Origin: Amoebidium appalachense
Taxonomy: Eukaryota > Protista > Ichthyosporea
Reading direction: 5' to 3'
Assembly (NCBI GenBank): GCA_963693365.1
Contig: CAVNZM010000002.1
Span: 13,549,615-13,613,614 of the forward strand
DNA length: 64,000 bases
Shown here: positions 1 through 55,855 of the stretch, one piece after another
Layout of the letters: every line of letters begins with the position of its first letter
Numbering within the stretch: position 1 is the first letter of the stretch
Notes under the pieces: generated by a model
The model's database searches: none
What the model was told of the DNA's origin: nothing
What the model saw: only the letters and a program-made list of their open reading frames with translations
Program-made: the position numbers and the translations under genes

Positions 1-339
1 TAACGTTACTTCTATGGTATTATAATTACCTTAGTGCTTTTTGCGTAATATTTCCTAAATGAGGTGCTAATGCACATAAAATCACTGATAAAGCATCAGA
101 AAACCACGTGAATAAATACAAGAATTCCGATTACAGACATGCAGTGAGTAGGCATGGTCATTCTTGTAACAGTTGTTTCTACTCATCCAGATACACAGCA
201 GTTGGCATGAAGCCTGCTGGTGACTAAATTACAAAATAGAAAATTCATCACAAACACACTTTAAGGTGTAATTAATGGTGGGCTGTAGAATACACATGGC
301 CAGCCCGCGCCTACAATTAATGAAACACCAACCCTTACC

Positions 340-35139
<34,800 letters not shown>

Positions 35140-36039
35140 GGTTTATGTGTGTGGGGGCCCAACCCACATCCACTCAAGTCTGTATACCTGCAAATCTAAT
35201 GTACCCCAAGTCTACACATGTCAGTGGTTTCAACTAGTTTGAGCTTCGTTTCTTGCGTCTTTCTTGAGCCTTTGCGCTGTGAATGCCAAATTGTGGCAGT
35301 TTTTGTGTGTGAGTGTGCGTGCGTGGTTTAAAGCGATGGCCAGGCCTGTCGGATTTGCCATAACATGAAGAGTTGGTTTGTGGCATGGGCCGCTCATGTA
35401 CCTTTGCACAGGTGCAATCCAAATCGCACGTGGATGGTGTTTACTCTAGCAACCAAAAATAATATGGAAACCAAAATTAAATACAAGATCTGAAGTGATC
35501 GTATCTAGATACTCGTTGTGTGTTGTAAAAAAATAATGGTTACAAGGCGGTAGTGAGTATTGTGAAGACAACTTTGCTCGTGTACCGTGACATTTCGTAA
35601 GCCTATCCCTTTGGAATGGTGACTTGCATACCACGAAAGGACATCTGAAGTATCGGAAAGACTAGAGCATGATATATATATTTGTAGTATATACTTGGCC
35701 GCAATAGCAGATTAACGCTAAACTTAAATTCTTCAAGCTATTTATCAAATTCTTTCAAGATTCTATGTATTTATGTTCATGATAATAAACGAATCACCAG
35801 GCACCATTAAACTTTGACTAAAGTAGGAAAGACTGGAACTAACATGTCGGAAACAGGCACTCTTTATTAGATCACAGCATATGGAATGTGTTGATTTTTG
35901 TCTTAATACGATTCTGCCCAAAAGGTATAGAAATCATTATAAACTCTCTGTGTTATCTCACGACGTTTCACATCCTTTTAGCATAATGCATTTGGATTGC
36001 CCAGTGCCATAATTATAAACCTAACAGTGGCAGTGAAAC

Positions 36040-36400
36040 TGAAAAACCGCCAATGGGCCATGCTTTAGAACCACCAATCACCAACTCAGATAAATCCCTG
36101 GGATGTGCCTTTTCCATGAACCAATCGGCTAAGGATTTCGGGAAACTTGCAAACCGGCCGCCACCATCACCCACTTAACTGAACATGTTGCCAAAACCGC
36201 CAGAAGAGAAGCCGGTGCAAGCTGTTCTTGTTCGTTTGAGTGATTAGAAATTACACAAGGCATTTATTTATGTACAGAATTCTCGTTGTCAAATCAAAAT
36301 GAACAAACCTATCTAGGGTAGGTTGATACGGTACCCACCGCCGCCCGCGCGCGGACGCCGCCAGCCATTTTACAGCCATGGTGCGCTATCTGCCAATCAT
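36040..36400. promoter_or_regulatory. Candidate divergent promoter with clustered CCAAT boxes
   Basis: CCAAT motifs near 36050, 36074, 36121 and 36393 in repeat-free DNA between ATG 35139 (-) and a putative ATG 36695 (+). Confidence 0.35.
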
Positions 36401-36694
36401 TTATGCGATCGAAAATCGAATCGGATCGGAACCCTTCCGTCAAAGTTTATCAGCAAAACAAACGGAGAAGAAGCAGCTCAAGACCACACAAGTAGAAGGA
36501 AACAAGTAGAAAGGAACAAATCCTGGTAGTTCGAATTATAGCTTCCAATAGCGTCGACGTCTAGCCTTCCTTCAAATTTTTCGTAGAATTTTTGCCGTGA
36601 TGGTACGACCTTCTAAGCCAAAATTGAACTTGACTCTACCAGGGTTATTAGACTTGGGACTTTGTAGCACATACACCTGTTTCCTTGTGCTAAC

Positions 36695-43861
<7,167 letters not shown>

Positions 43862-44423
43862 CATTTTCAAAAAAAACTCGAAATTTCATTCTATATCACT
43901 TATCATCGTTATGACTGACTATGAGTAGCCTCACATTAATATATATTATTACGTGCCTGGTACGCAACGGGATTAAATTTTATTTTATTCGATATGGCTT
44001 CTTTTTCCTTTTTTCCTACTGATTTAGATTGCCACGGTGTACGTCACCGGTGCGCACAATCGATCGCAAACGCGAAGGTTTTCGTTCCCCCGCCGCGCTG
44101 TACACCTTTTTTTTTGTTGCCCCGCTTGATCCAGTTACTAAACAAATCTAACTATTCGATTATAACCCATGTTCCTTTGCTAATCCTATCTAGACCGTGG
44201 TCTGATAATGTTCATCAGCCGCTTCCGTGCTTAATCGTGTATCTAAGTATATTTAGATATTATGGTTTCCAGTGCAAAATCATGATACGACACACTGATA
44301 GAGTTATACGATGTCTGGCCCATGGATATCGCAAGTTGCAAGTGCGCACGTGCCACTGTATGGATATGATGAGATCTGCCACACTTAAGCTATAATCGTC
44401 ACGGTCCCCCCTCCCTCCCCCCC

Positions 44424-44454
<31 letters not shown>

Positions 44455-44719
44455 ACGTGCACACCGTGACGCGTGTGTATACGTGTGTGTGTACGTGCAC
44501 ACGTATACACACGTGTGCACGCACGCACACACACACACACACACACGTGCACCCACCCACCCGCCCACCACCACCACCAGCCCATCCCCTTATTTAATAG
44601 CATTGATCAGCAGGTCAGGGGACGTGCAAGGTGTCCCCCATTCAGAAAATAAACATGACAATGTTGCGCTTTTCTTTTTTTCTTTTTTGCTGTTTTTGCG
44701 GCTGTTGCTGCTGTTGTAA

Positions 44720-44737
44720 CAGTTGTTATTGTTGTTC

Positions 44738-44784
<47 letters not shown>

Positions 44785-44790
44785 GCCAAT

Positions 44791-44820
<30 letters not shown>
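44720..44820. repeat. (TTG)n microsatellite
   Basis: Interrupted TTG repeat, seen directly. Confidence 0.9.
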
Positions 44821-44823
<3 letters not shown>

Positions 44824-44901
44824 TTTGCTTTGGGGGAAGAGGGGGATCATTTAAGTCGATGGCTGTCCCGCGGCCGGTCCGCTTTTTTTTTTTTTTTTTT
44901 T

Positions 44902-44977
<76 letters not shown>

Positions 44978-47488
44978 TCAATGTTAGGGCATATAGCTGA
45001 GTCCCTGTTCGGACAGCCTATGTACCACGGGTGTTTCTAGATGGCCGTGCCTATGTACAGATATTGTACATGTGATAGAAAAGACTGCCTCAAAGTCGAC
45101 TTTGACATTTGCCTATGGCTATTTATAATACAGCAGAACGAGCCATGATATATTCAACTTACTATCGGCAACCGTTACAACATGTGGCCATAAGGATTCT
45201 CAGATTCTGAAGCTGCCACTTTGCAGGTGCGCATGGCACACGGCCGTCTCGAAATGTAAATTCTATTTTTATCTTCTTATTTGTAGTAGCACCCTTACAT
45301 TTTGGTAGCATCAATATCACCTGCGAACCTCCGACCCGAGCTAGTTGAACTACAAGTTATGACAATCTTTTGTAGTAGGGCTCACAGTGTAGCTATAGGG
45401 AGTGGTCAAACACTTCCGAAACTAGGCTATCAGAGTCACAGTAATCTCGCCTTGTTATCTCTCAGTTATAACGACCCAGCTATAAAAAAATAACGCCTGT
45501 GCCATGATGAAGTTTGAACCTGTATTCAGTCTGCCAGGGGTCTGCAGAGTGGCCCTCGATCGCAACTTGCCTTGCATGCAGCCTCACTCATATTGCATTG
45601 AGTCAGCTGCCAATAAATGTGCACACGCTTCAACGTGCGTTCATACATTTTGTAAATAGACGTTTTATTCGAGGTATTTCGTTTATAGCTAGCTATTATC
45701 TATTTAGAAGGGGACCATTTTCTTTGTTTTGAATCAAGGGTTCAAGGTCCCCTGTCTGTAGATTTCGGCTAAGTGAGTCAGGCACGCGTGCGCACCGCAT
45801 GCGCACGTGCGCACCCAGCATATGGTATGATCATTGCCACGCCGCAAATTTGCATTGCCTTTGGATTTTGGGTTGAGTATCAGGGATGTTACCAGGTAGT
45901 ATGAGATTCCATTGTACAGTAGAGACTTTTTCTTTCCCCTCCAGTTTTTTGTGGGCATTAACTTAATAACAACTTGAATTGCAGTGCAGGACATACCTTG
46001 CATGTGGATCATCCGTGCCAATGATCGCGAGAATTTGAAAAACTCCAAAAAACGCTGCGCCTACCAATATGATTTGAGAAAACTCCTCGTGGCAGACCAA
46101 TAAAATGGCGCTATTCCACGCGGTGTTGGCCGTCTCGAAAAATTCTATTTTTATCATCCTCGGCCTTGCATTTTGGTAGTGCCAATGCGAATCCCTTGTG
46201 ATCAGACATGTAAAATTTCACACTCAAAACAATAGTGGCAGCCTCAGGCACCTAGTCAAAGTTTTAAGTTGAGCCTTCGAGTTCCAGTTTGACCTATATG
46301 CCACCTGGATTATTTATATTACCAGTAGAAAATTAATATATATATATATAGATATAAATATATATACAGATTTTATCTTAAAAGGGAGAAAGGTGTCAAG
46401 TTCAACCGTTAGTTCCTTGAGCAGAAAAAACTTTTCAAGAAAATCAGTGGGGTTGTTTTGTAAATTTGAGCAGATGTCGTCATCAACGAGCCATTCCTTC
46501 GAAATCATGAATCTCCTGTTTACAGCTCTAGACATGTGTATGTCTAGAGATGTGTGTATAAAACATATGGCTATAATAATGCCAATTCATATTTCAATAT
46601 TCTGTGCATTAGTTAAGGTTATTTTTGTTGGGAAAAAAGAGAAAAAGAAAAAGTTATCAAGAAAGTAACAAAAAGGGTTTGGGGGATCTGTGGTGGATTC
46701 TGATTGGTCAAGCTCATGGAACAAGATGTATAAAATCCATGGTATCATCAAAGTCAGGCCATGAGCATGTTGTGTGTGGGTCGACGTTCTACTGCACTAC
46801 ACGAGCACACACACACATTCACATGCACGCATGCACAAGCAAACGCACACGTGCACACACGCACATACACGTGTACACGTGCACGCACACACACACACAC
46901 GCACACACACCGTGCACATCATGATCATGTGTAGACATGCACACCCACACATACACCTTGTCAAACGTCCACACGCCCTCTCTCTCACGATCAGCCACAG
47001 GCACACACAATGACACACGTAAAATTACATTACATATTGTGCATGTATGAATATATGCATGCATACGGTTAACTGTGGTGTTGCAATTGCCAGTGGCAAC
47101 ACATGTAACCTCTTGATCATGAGCATGCAGCTTCATCAGTAGAGCTGTTTTTCTATATGCTACTTGTAATGTTGAGTTAGCACTGAGCTTCGGGCACATT
47201 AGAAGCTTAAGTTTTCTGAGAAATATTAGAAAACAATAACACATGATACTGGACTTTCTGGAGCTTTCTACACACGGTAGCGCAACGTCTGTATCGATAT
47301 CAACTAGCGTGCACCACACGCACGAACATGCACAACACAAAAGTAACTGACTCGCCAAATGAATGTCTATTAAAAACGGTCACATATATGAAAGTGTATC
47401 AAAACCAACAACATTATTATGAGTCTAACACGCTTGCTAACCACAGTGTCGCGTCATTTGCCGATGTTTCGAACAGTTATCCGTGGCG

Positions 47489-48778
47489 ATGCCAATTGAA
47501 TACACAACAAAAAACCTCCACATCGATATCTCACCATTCTCTGGTATTTGTGACCCGTTGGTGTTTGCGTGCCCGACACCGGCCAGCCCCGTGTTCTCGG
47601 ATTCCAACTTCGAAACTGCATGCGCACGGAGTCCCGCACCACCCGACAGCGTGCGCTCATGCTGCGAGCCGTCGATACAGCCCGAGAAATCAAAATTTTG
47701 CCCTGTGCACACGTCTCAGAACCGCACAATTAATATTCACGTTTCTAACGTAACGGCAGACTGCACATGCACAAGAATTGTTCCTCCCATAGCAAGCAGT
47801 TTTGGGCCCGCTAATGAACTGTTTACGGCAACTTTGTCTTTTGGCAATAGCGACGAGATTTGTAGAAACTTTAACGGTCCACCGCACATTCGTTCTTCAA
47901 ACGAATCAGCAGGCAACACTGCATCCGCAACTAAAGTTTCCAACGTAAATTCGATCAAGTCTCTGGCTTGCATTCATTCAAGGATCAGCCAAACGGATTC
48001 GGCATATGCGTCAGATATCGGTACGGCCGCGCATGAGTCCCTTACCACCCATGAATGTGGCTATTATAATATATGTGACCCGCCGCTATCAAGGACTAGT
48101 CTGGAGTCACAAGGCGGAGAATCATTATCATCACCCATGGCCACGCCAGGGATCATCGATTGGATAGGGTTTGAATATCCTCCACCACCAAACACGTGGT
48201 CTCACACTGCGAATACAGCACCGATTCCTCGCCCAAACAACAACGGTAACAGCATCGATATAAAGCGAGCCCATTCACTGCGCACACTTCCACCACCCGT
48301 TCCTACGTCATGGCCGAGTTTCGACCCTTCGTATCCCAAACTACAGCCATTTCCGCCAAAGTTATTAACAGTGAATGGCACTAAGGAACATAAAACCAGT
48401 AGTGGAAAGGTAAACCATTGCCGTAAACGTAAAGGTGAAGAGGCAAAACGTCGCGCGCGCGAACACTCAGCCCGTTCGCGTGAGAGACAGAGAGAACACA
48501 GAAAAACCCTCGAGAGTCTCGTTACGGCGAAGATCGAAAAGTGCAAACGTATGGCTGAAAAGGCGGCGGCGGTTGAAGAGGAGGCAAAGAATTTGCGGCG
48601 GGAAATAGTTTCGGTGGCGCGGGAGAAGTATGAAATGGCGCGGGAAGAACCCTCGTTGATGGTGGCGGCGTTAATGGCCATGGTGCAGGTGCATGCAATG
48701 GGTAGCTACCAATGCCCAGTATCTGCCGCCTGCGAGAAATTACCAGAGACAAAATATGCGGCCATTCGTCCAAACTGA
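47489..48778 (+). CDS. Intronless ORF (429 aa) with C-terminal bZIP-like domain
   Basis: RKRKGEEAKRRAREHSARSRERQREHRKTL has the R-x9-L spacing, then heptads L/K/M/V/L; Ser/Pro-rich N-terminal region. Confidence 0.75.
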   Translation: MPIEYTTKNLHIDISPFSGICDPLVFACPTPASPVFSDSNFETACARSPAPPDSVRSCCEPSIQPEKSKFCPVHTSQNRTINIHVSNVTADCTCTRIVPPIASSFGPANELFTATLSFGNSDEICRNFNGPPHIRSSNESAGNTASATKVSNVNSIKSLACIHSRISQTDSAYASDIGTAAHESLTTHECGYYNICDPPLSRTSLESQGGESLSSPMATPGIIDWIGFEYPPPPNTWSHTANTAPIPRPNNNGNSIDIKRAHSLRTLPPPVPTSWPSFDPSYPKLQPFPPKLLTVNGTKEHKTSSGKVNHCRKRKGEEAKRRAREHSARSRERQREHRKTLESLVTAKIEKCKRMAEKAAAVEEEAKNLRREIVSVAREKYEMAREEPSLMVAALMAMVQVHAMGSYQCPVSAACEKLPETKYAAIRPN

Positions 48779-50100
48779 ATCGGCTCGAAGTTTGTGGAAG
48801 TAAATTTGAGCTGGCTAGAGGGGTGTGGTTTGTAGACATGATGATAACGCTCTGAATGCTTCCCCCCTCCCCCCCCCCCCCCCTTCCCCCCCCTCCCCTC
48901 CCTCCCCCGGCCCCCCCTCTCAATAACATGCTTATACCAAACCCTCACTAAACCCAAACAAAGGCCTCCCCCGCTCCGCCCCCCTACTTTCATGGATTCA
49001 ATAACGTTAACATACCACTATTCGGTTTTTCGCATGCTCTAGATCTGCCTTAGCAGCCTACAGTATTAGGAAGTTTACAGTGACTCTTTCAACTTGAGTT
49101 AGCACGGTTATATTGTCCGCCAGTGGTGGCTATGGCCATAGGCGTTGCAAAGTATGATGGCATTTTGATAATCTTTAGTTCAATTAGACTCTGTGCTGTG
49201 AAAATATGGCTGAGAAGTAATATATGTACATACGTTCAACTGTTGCCTGAATCTGAGTAACCGCCACTGTGTTACCGTGGCCGTTGACTTTAAAGTTCTT
49301 TTTCATTTCATTTTGAAAGTACCAGAAATGGTAAAAGGATTGTATACTTAGGAGCTGGTGCCAACATACTGTGATTCTTTTCATTGCAATTGTATCTTTA
49401 TTTCATGTATATTCAGATCCCGGGATGGGATTTTGGAAAGCTGTAAATATCAGGAAGGCACATCAATGAGTTGCACATGCCGTCCTAACCTGTTTCATTT
49501 CAACGTAAGACTCGGGAAGATGGAGTTCATTCTCCCGTTGGTTTCAAACCCTTTTCCCCTTTTTCATTGACTTCCTGGCATACTACAGAACAAAATGATA
49601 ATGTAACGATTATGCTCAGCTGACTGAGCTGCAGTTATGTGCAATACTTTGGCAATTTCAAAAGCTAAGAAAGGGGAAGGAGTCATGCATTTTTACTTAT
49701 CAGCGTTTTTGCAACGGCTCAGCCGTCGGGGTTTGGACCGGACGGCTTTTCAAACATGGTCAAGATTCTCTTCACGTTCTCATAGAAAACTAAGGGTAAG
49801 GTTACTCCGAATGCCAGAGTATGATTACGTTGTTGGCATTTTCAAAGGGGTCCTCTGAAGAATCATCAATTTCTGAGCCCGGACAATATTACTGTAACAG
49901 TTTTCATTTTTTTCTTCTTCCATTATTTCAGTGTATGCATAACGGCGAGAAGATTTTCCTGAGATTACTCATACCTATGACAAGCAATTTGATTCAGCCA
50001 ACTTGCCACCGACTGTTCGCCGTAACCATGAGTGTTCGATTTTAGTGCTTCGGCCTGCATGTCTACTTTAATTTCAAAACCGTAGCTATTACACCCTCAG

Positions 50101-50163
<63 letters not shown>

Positions 50164-50193
50164 ACACACCCTGGCTACATGTGGTACTTATTA

Positions 50194-50594
50194 AGGGCCC
50201 AACCACATCGGCTGAGTCAACTTGCTCCGAGCAGAATTATTCTGCATAAAGCAGAATTATTCTGCATAAAGCAGAATATTGTTCTGCTAAAAGCAGAATT
50301 ATTCCTGCAAAAGCAGAAATATTCTGCTGTCGAAAGCAGAATAATTCTGCCTTTTGCGGAATAATTCTGCTGAAAGCAGAGTGATTCTGCTAAAAGCAGA
50401 TTGATTCTGCTTTTGAGGGATAATTCTGCTAAAAGCAGAACAGTTCTGCTAAAAGCAGAGTGATTCTGCTTTTCCAGAATAATTCTGCTTTTGGCAGAAT
50501 TTTGCAGAATTATTCTGTTTTTTGCAGAATAATTCTGCTTTTGTTGAATAATTCTGCTTTTTGCAAGTTGACTCTGCCGATGTGGTTGGGCCCT
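50194..50594. mobile_element. MITE/foldback element copy 1 (PIF/Harbinger-like ends)
   Basis: TIR of about 32 bp: AGGGCCCAACCACATCGGCTGAGTCAACTTGC ... GCAAGTTGACTCTGCCGATGTGGTTGGGCCCT; TTA on both flanks (50191-93, 50595-97). Confidence 0.85.
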
Positions 50595-51816
50595 TTATAA
50601 GGTCATTTGCGGGGTCGGCTACATTTGGTCCGAGGCTACATCTGGCCGGTACAGCTACAACCCCCCCCCCCCCCCCCCCCCCCCCATTCCCTCCCTGCCC
50701 CCGCCTTCCTTCTCCCGGCCTGCAACGGTTGCCCTCGACCCCTATAAACCACCCTTGCTGTTGACTCCAGGTCCCAAATTACCAATATAATCCTCTCCAT
50801 AAGCCCATCGCTCTCCTGTCCCCTTTTTGGATATCCCCCCCCCCCCCCCCCCCTCCCCCTCCCCTCCGGAACCCCTCCCCCCATTCCCCCCAACATGTTC
50901 CCCCCCGCCCCCCTGCACCCCCCCCCCCCAACCCCACCCCCTCCTCGATTCCCCAACACACACCCTTCCCCTCCTCCCCCTCCCCCCCCCCCCCCCCCCC
51001 CCACCTCCTCCCACTTTCCCCTTGCCATCCACCCCCTTCCCCCTCCCCTTGCCCCCTCCCCGAGGATTCTTCAGATGAAATGTGGGTCTCTTGCATACTG
51101 ATATGCACCGTGAAAAGATGTGTATAGAAAGAGTTTGAGGAAGCACTCAGTCTGGTAGTTTTAATAGTTCCGACCGAATGCGTCCTCACTATCCAGTAGA
51201 GCAGAGCTCCACAGAGTGCTCAACCTTGTATCTGAGTACAAAACCTCTCTATATGTACAATCAACTGGGGTCTAGATCAGTTCGTGGGCCGTATTTATAC
51301 CATCGACCAATCTACTCAGGAATGTTTCTAAACCAATCACAATGAATCTATAAATTTTCTTCAGGAATATTGGCCAATCACGTACGAGATAATTTCCTAT
51401 TGGCTAAACACGCACTTTCAAATATCACGAGCTTGCTATTCATATGATCGTGCGTGTACATGATGGTGACACAGTAGTCTTTGAATTGCACATCGGAAAA
51501 CACTTGTCGGACATGGATTCTTACTTTCCCCCCCCCCCCCCCCCCCCTCTCCCTCCCTCGCCCCCTGGCGCCATAAAATTCAAAAACTTTGGTGATTGGG
51601 GGGGGTGGGAGGGGGGGGGGGTTGAAATGGGGAGAGGGGGCTGAAGGTGAAGGGGAAGAAGGAAAGACAAGAAGAAAAGAAAAAATGTTCAGTCCACAAC
51701 ATTTATTGAATGACCTCCCCCCTACCCCTTCCCCACCCCTCCCCCCCCCCCCCCCCCCTTCCCCCCGCCTGAGGCTCTCCTTCCCGCCCCTCCACCCCGA
51801 GTCCATGAAACCTTTT

Positions 51817-51847
<31 letters not shown>

Positions 51848-52273
51848 CACCGCCTGCCCACCCCTTTTATCCCCTCCCCCGCCCCCTCCCCCCGCCTCAA
51901 CCCACCCGGGCCCACCCCTAACAAACAAACAAACAAACGATCACCACAAAGACGGCCACCTTCATTTCTACCAAGAAGTTATGGTGGGAAAAAACTGTTG
52001 GTGGCTAAGTACACCCTCAACCGAAAATATGCTTCCTATCGGATATGCTTAGTAAAATAGTGTGACAATCGGGAGCAGGTGGCTATTCGCAACGGCGAAA
52101 TGTAATGCACCACTGAGTCGACCACATCAGTTCAATCGTTAACATCATTATCCCCCACCCCCCTCCCCCCCACCCACCCACCTTCCCCTCCCTGCTCCCC
52201 ACAAGAAAAAAACACACACGTACTTACGCGCCCGCGCGTGCACACACACACACACACATACGCACACACACGT

Positions 52274-52314
<41 letters not shown>

Positions 52315-52316
52315 GT

Positions 52317-52363
<47 letters not shown>

Positions 52364-52445
52364 ACACGCGCACACATACACACGCACACGCACACGCACA
52401 CGCACACGCACACGCACACGCACACGCACACGCACACGCACTGCA

Positions 52446-52486
<41 letters not shown>

Positions 52487-52503
52487 GCGCGCGCGCACAC
52501 ACG

Positions 52504-52636
<133 letters not shown>

Positions 52637-53590
52637 ATACACACTTTCATGCTGTAATATCGGGCCCCGCCCGATCTTTTGACACTTTGCTGATGATAAC
52701 TTACCCCAGCCGATACCTTGCGGCCAAATAGGAGCCACACATATTTAAAATCTACAATTAAAAGGGATAAATCTGTACCTGCGAATTCACGTCCAAAATG
52801 CAGGCCCACGTAGAGTCAGCGCTTGATGGTTTAACTGAGTATCAACTCAACTGTTAATAATATATATAGTCCCATTGTTTTCCCCAGGCTGCTCGGGTTG
52901 TTGTCACACAGTATTGCCCCCCCCCCCCCCCCCCCCTCTCCCCCCTCCCCCGGTCCCCCGGATTGCCCGCCGCGAATCACCCAGCCGAACCCCGAAGACC
53001 CACCCCTGCCTCACTCTCCCCACCTCCCCCCCCCCTTCCCCCCCCCCCCCCCCCCCACCTCCCAAACAATCACTGCCGCCATTATCATTACCCTGCCTCC
53101 CCACCCCCTCGCCCCCCAGCCCAAATAATCACTGCCGCCGTTACCCCCCCTCCCTATCCCCTCGCCCCCCAGGGGGGGGGGGGGGGGGGGGCGGGGTGGG
53201 GAGGGGAGGGGGGGGGGGGGGGGGAGGGGGAGGGAGGAAACCTCAGGCGCCCCAACTTTCTGATTACCTAATTGTTCTAAGTTGCTGATAAAAGCAACCA
53301 CCGCTACTCCCATTTTAGAAGCTGTGGCGAGCCACATTGGTGACGTCATTCTGTGCACAATTTTCATGACGCCGAGTAGCTGCCCTGAAAAGGGCGCGTA
53401 CTGAAGCTGGCTCTGTCGTATGTCGTAAAAAAGCAATGTGACACAAATCCATTGTGTCTCTTGATTGGTGAAATACATAGGCGGTAGAAGCACAGAAGGG
53501 GTTATCTGATACTTTTGTGGGCAAACATTGTTTTGTTTTCATACGCTTAATGTTGTGTGTGTGTGTGTGTGTGTGTGTGTGCTTGTGTGC

Positions 53591-53628
<38 letters not shown>

Positions 53629-53636
53629 GTGTGTGT

Positions 53637-53681
<45 letters not shown>

Positions 53682-54355
53682 TGTGTGTGTGTGCACGCGC
53701 GGTGTGTGTATGCGTATGCGCGGGCGCGCGAGTGTGTGTGACGTTGTGTGCGTGCGCGCGCGCGTGTGTGCGCGTCTGTGTGCGCGTGTGTGCGCGCCCA
53801 CGCGCGCGTGCATGTGTGCGCACGTGTGTGTGTGTATGTGCGTGTGTGGGTGGATGGGTGGGTGGCTGGGATTCTGCGCGTACATGTTCGCGGATGTGTG
53901 ACTTGTCAAGTTGCCAGGCTTCTTATGTGATTACTTATTCATAATTTTGGGGGAATTTGCACAGCCCAGCCCCCCCCATACGGCGCGGGGGGAGGGGAGG
54001 GGAGCCGCTGTGGGGAGGGGGGGGGGGGGGGGGGTAACGTTCACGTGTTTGAAGTTGCTCTTTATGCCTTGAAAACCAGCTGTAATTGACCGTTAATTTT
54101 CAATCCGATTGTGAAAACATCATCTCTGATATCAACCCGAGTACCTTTCTAGTTCTGATAACCACAAGTGCTTATCAGGTACAGTAGCATCCGCACAGTC
54201 GACGTCTAATATGAACATATTACATATTAGACGCGTGCAGGTGGTGGTGATACATTGCGCGCACGGCCACGCTTCAGTCACACGCACCTTACACAATAAA
54301 AAACAAACACGAGGTCCTGGGGCCCTTGGACCCAAGGGGCACTGTGGCCAATACG

Positions 54356-54808
54356 AGGGCTTAACCACATCGGCTGAGTCAACTTGCTCCGAGCAGAATT
54401 ATTCTGCAAAAAGCAGAATGCAGAATTATTCTGCAAAAGCAGAATCAATCTGCTAAAAGCAGACTTATTCTGCAAAAGCAGAATCAACCTGCTAAAAGCA
54501 GAATTATTCTGCAAAAGCAGAATCAATCTGCTAAAAGCAGAATCACTCTGCTAAAAGCAGAATCACTCTGCTAATAGCAGAATCAATCTGCTAAAAGCAG
54601 AATTATTCTACTAAAAGCAGAATTATTCTGCTGTCGATAGCAGAATGATTCTGCTTTTTATAATTCTGCTAAAAGCAGGGTGATTCTGCTTTTGCAGAAT
54701 AATTTTGCTTTTTGCAAAATACATAATTCTGCTTTTTGCAGAAGAATTCCGCTTTTGCAGAATAATTCTGATTTTTGCAAGTTGACTCTGCCGATGTGGT
54801 TGGGCCCT
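54356..54808. mobile_element. MITE/foldback element copy 2
   Basis: Same TIRs (left end has CC>TT) and same AAAAGCAGAATTATTCTGC-type sub-repeats; no clean TSD. Confidence 0.85.
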
Positions 54809-55077
54809 ATAGATTACGCTCACACTCAGTCTGACTAATACTTGTAACTTAGGCTCGCTTTAACACAAACTGCGACATATCATGACTAGCTACAATAGTG
54901 CACATATTGCACGGCCGGGGTATGGTCGTGCACGCCAGGTCGCCCGACCTGTGTGCATATATATGCATGCAGTTTGAGAAAATCTCCGTGATGTCCCACC
55001 TCTGGTGCGGAATACTCTGTCCTAGATCTCTTTCTGAGACTCTCTCACTCAGTACTACTACTCACTCAGCCTGCCAG

Positions 55078-55201
<124 letters not shown>

Positions 55202-55789
55202 CTCCCCCCTCCCCCTCCCCCCCCCCCCCCCTCTCTCTCTCTCTCTCTTTCCCTCCCCTCCCCACCCCACCCCCACCCCCCACCCCCCCCCCTCTCTCTC
55301 TCTCTCCCCCCCCCCTCCCTTTCCCCCCCCCCCCCCCCCCCCCCTCTATCTCTCTCTCTCTCTCTCCCCATCTCTCTCCCCCTATTTCTCTCGCTGCCTC
55401 ATATGAGGCACACATAAATGAAAACATCGCGGCAATCAATAGATAAAAATAATACTGGCTGGCCTTCACTCCGACGGCATGAGTTTTCTTCAGAGGCAGA
55501 GCCTCTCGAGCAGAACCACTCGTGCTCATGTGCATGCAGCTGCCAGGCTCTCCGCAGCTAGCTGAGACGTCGACGAGAGCAAAGTGTTTTTTTTTGGCAC
55601 CTACAGGCTTCCAAAACGGTTCGGGCCCCGGGCCTCGCAGCGGCCGTCGCTGCACAGTGCACACCAGCGGCCAGCGCACATATGTCCAGGCGCGCGCTCT
55701 ATCTGGCCAGAAAATTGCCCCTGAAAGTCCGAAAATTGTCCCTAACTTTTTGAGGTTAGAACCGTTAGGTCCACCAACTTTCCAAAAAT

Positions 55790-55855
55790 TGGCCCTAACA
55801 GAGCCAAATATATAAAAAAGACACCCATAAACGGTTGTTGGCTCTGTTAGGGCCA
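55790..55855. repeat. Perfect 18-bp inverted repeat with 30-nt spacer
   Basis: TGGCCCTAACAGAGCCAA ... TTGGCTCTGTTAGGGCCA. Confidence 0.85.

Noticed and set aside
45242-46157. Short shared motif GGCCGTCTCGAAA..AATTCTATTTTTATC at about 45242 and 46128
   Set aside because: Too short and degenerate to classify; probably decayed repeat fragments.
46314-46535. Minus-strand ORF faintly like a hAT dimerisation region
   Set aside because: Key Trp/Pro residues are absent, and there is no other transposase sequence or TIR.
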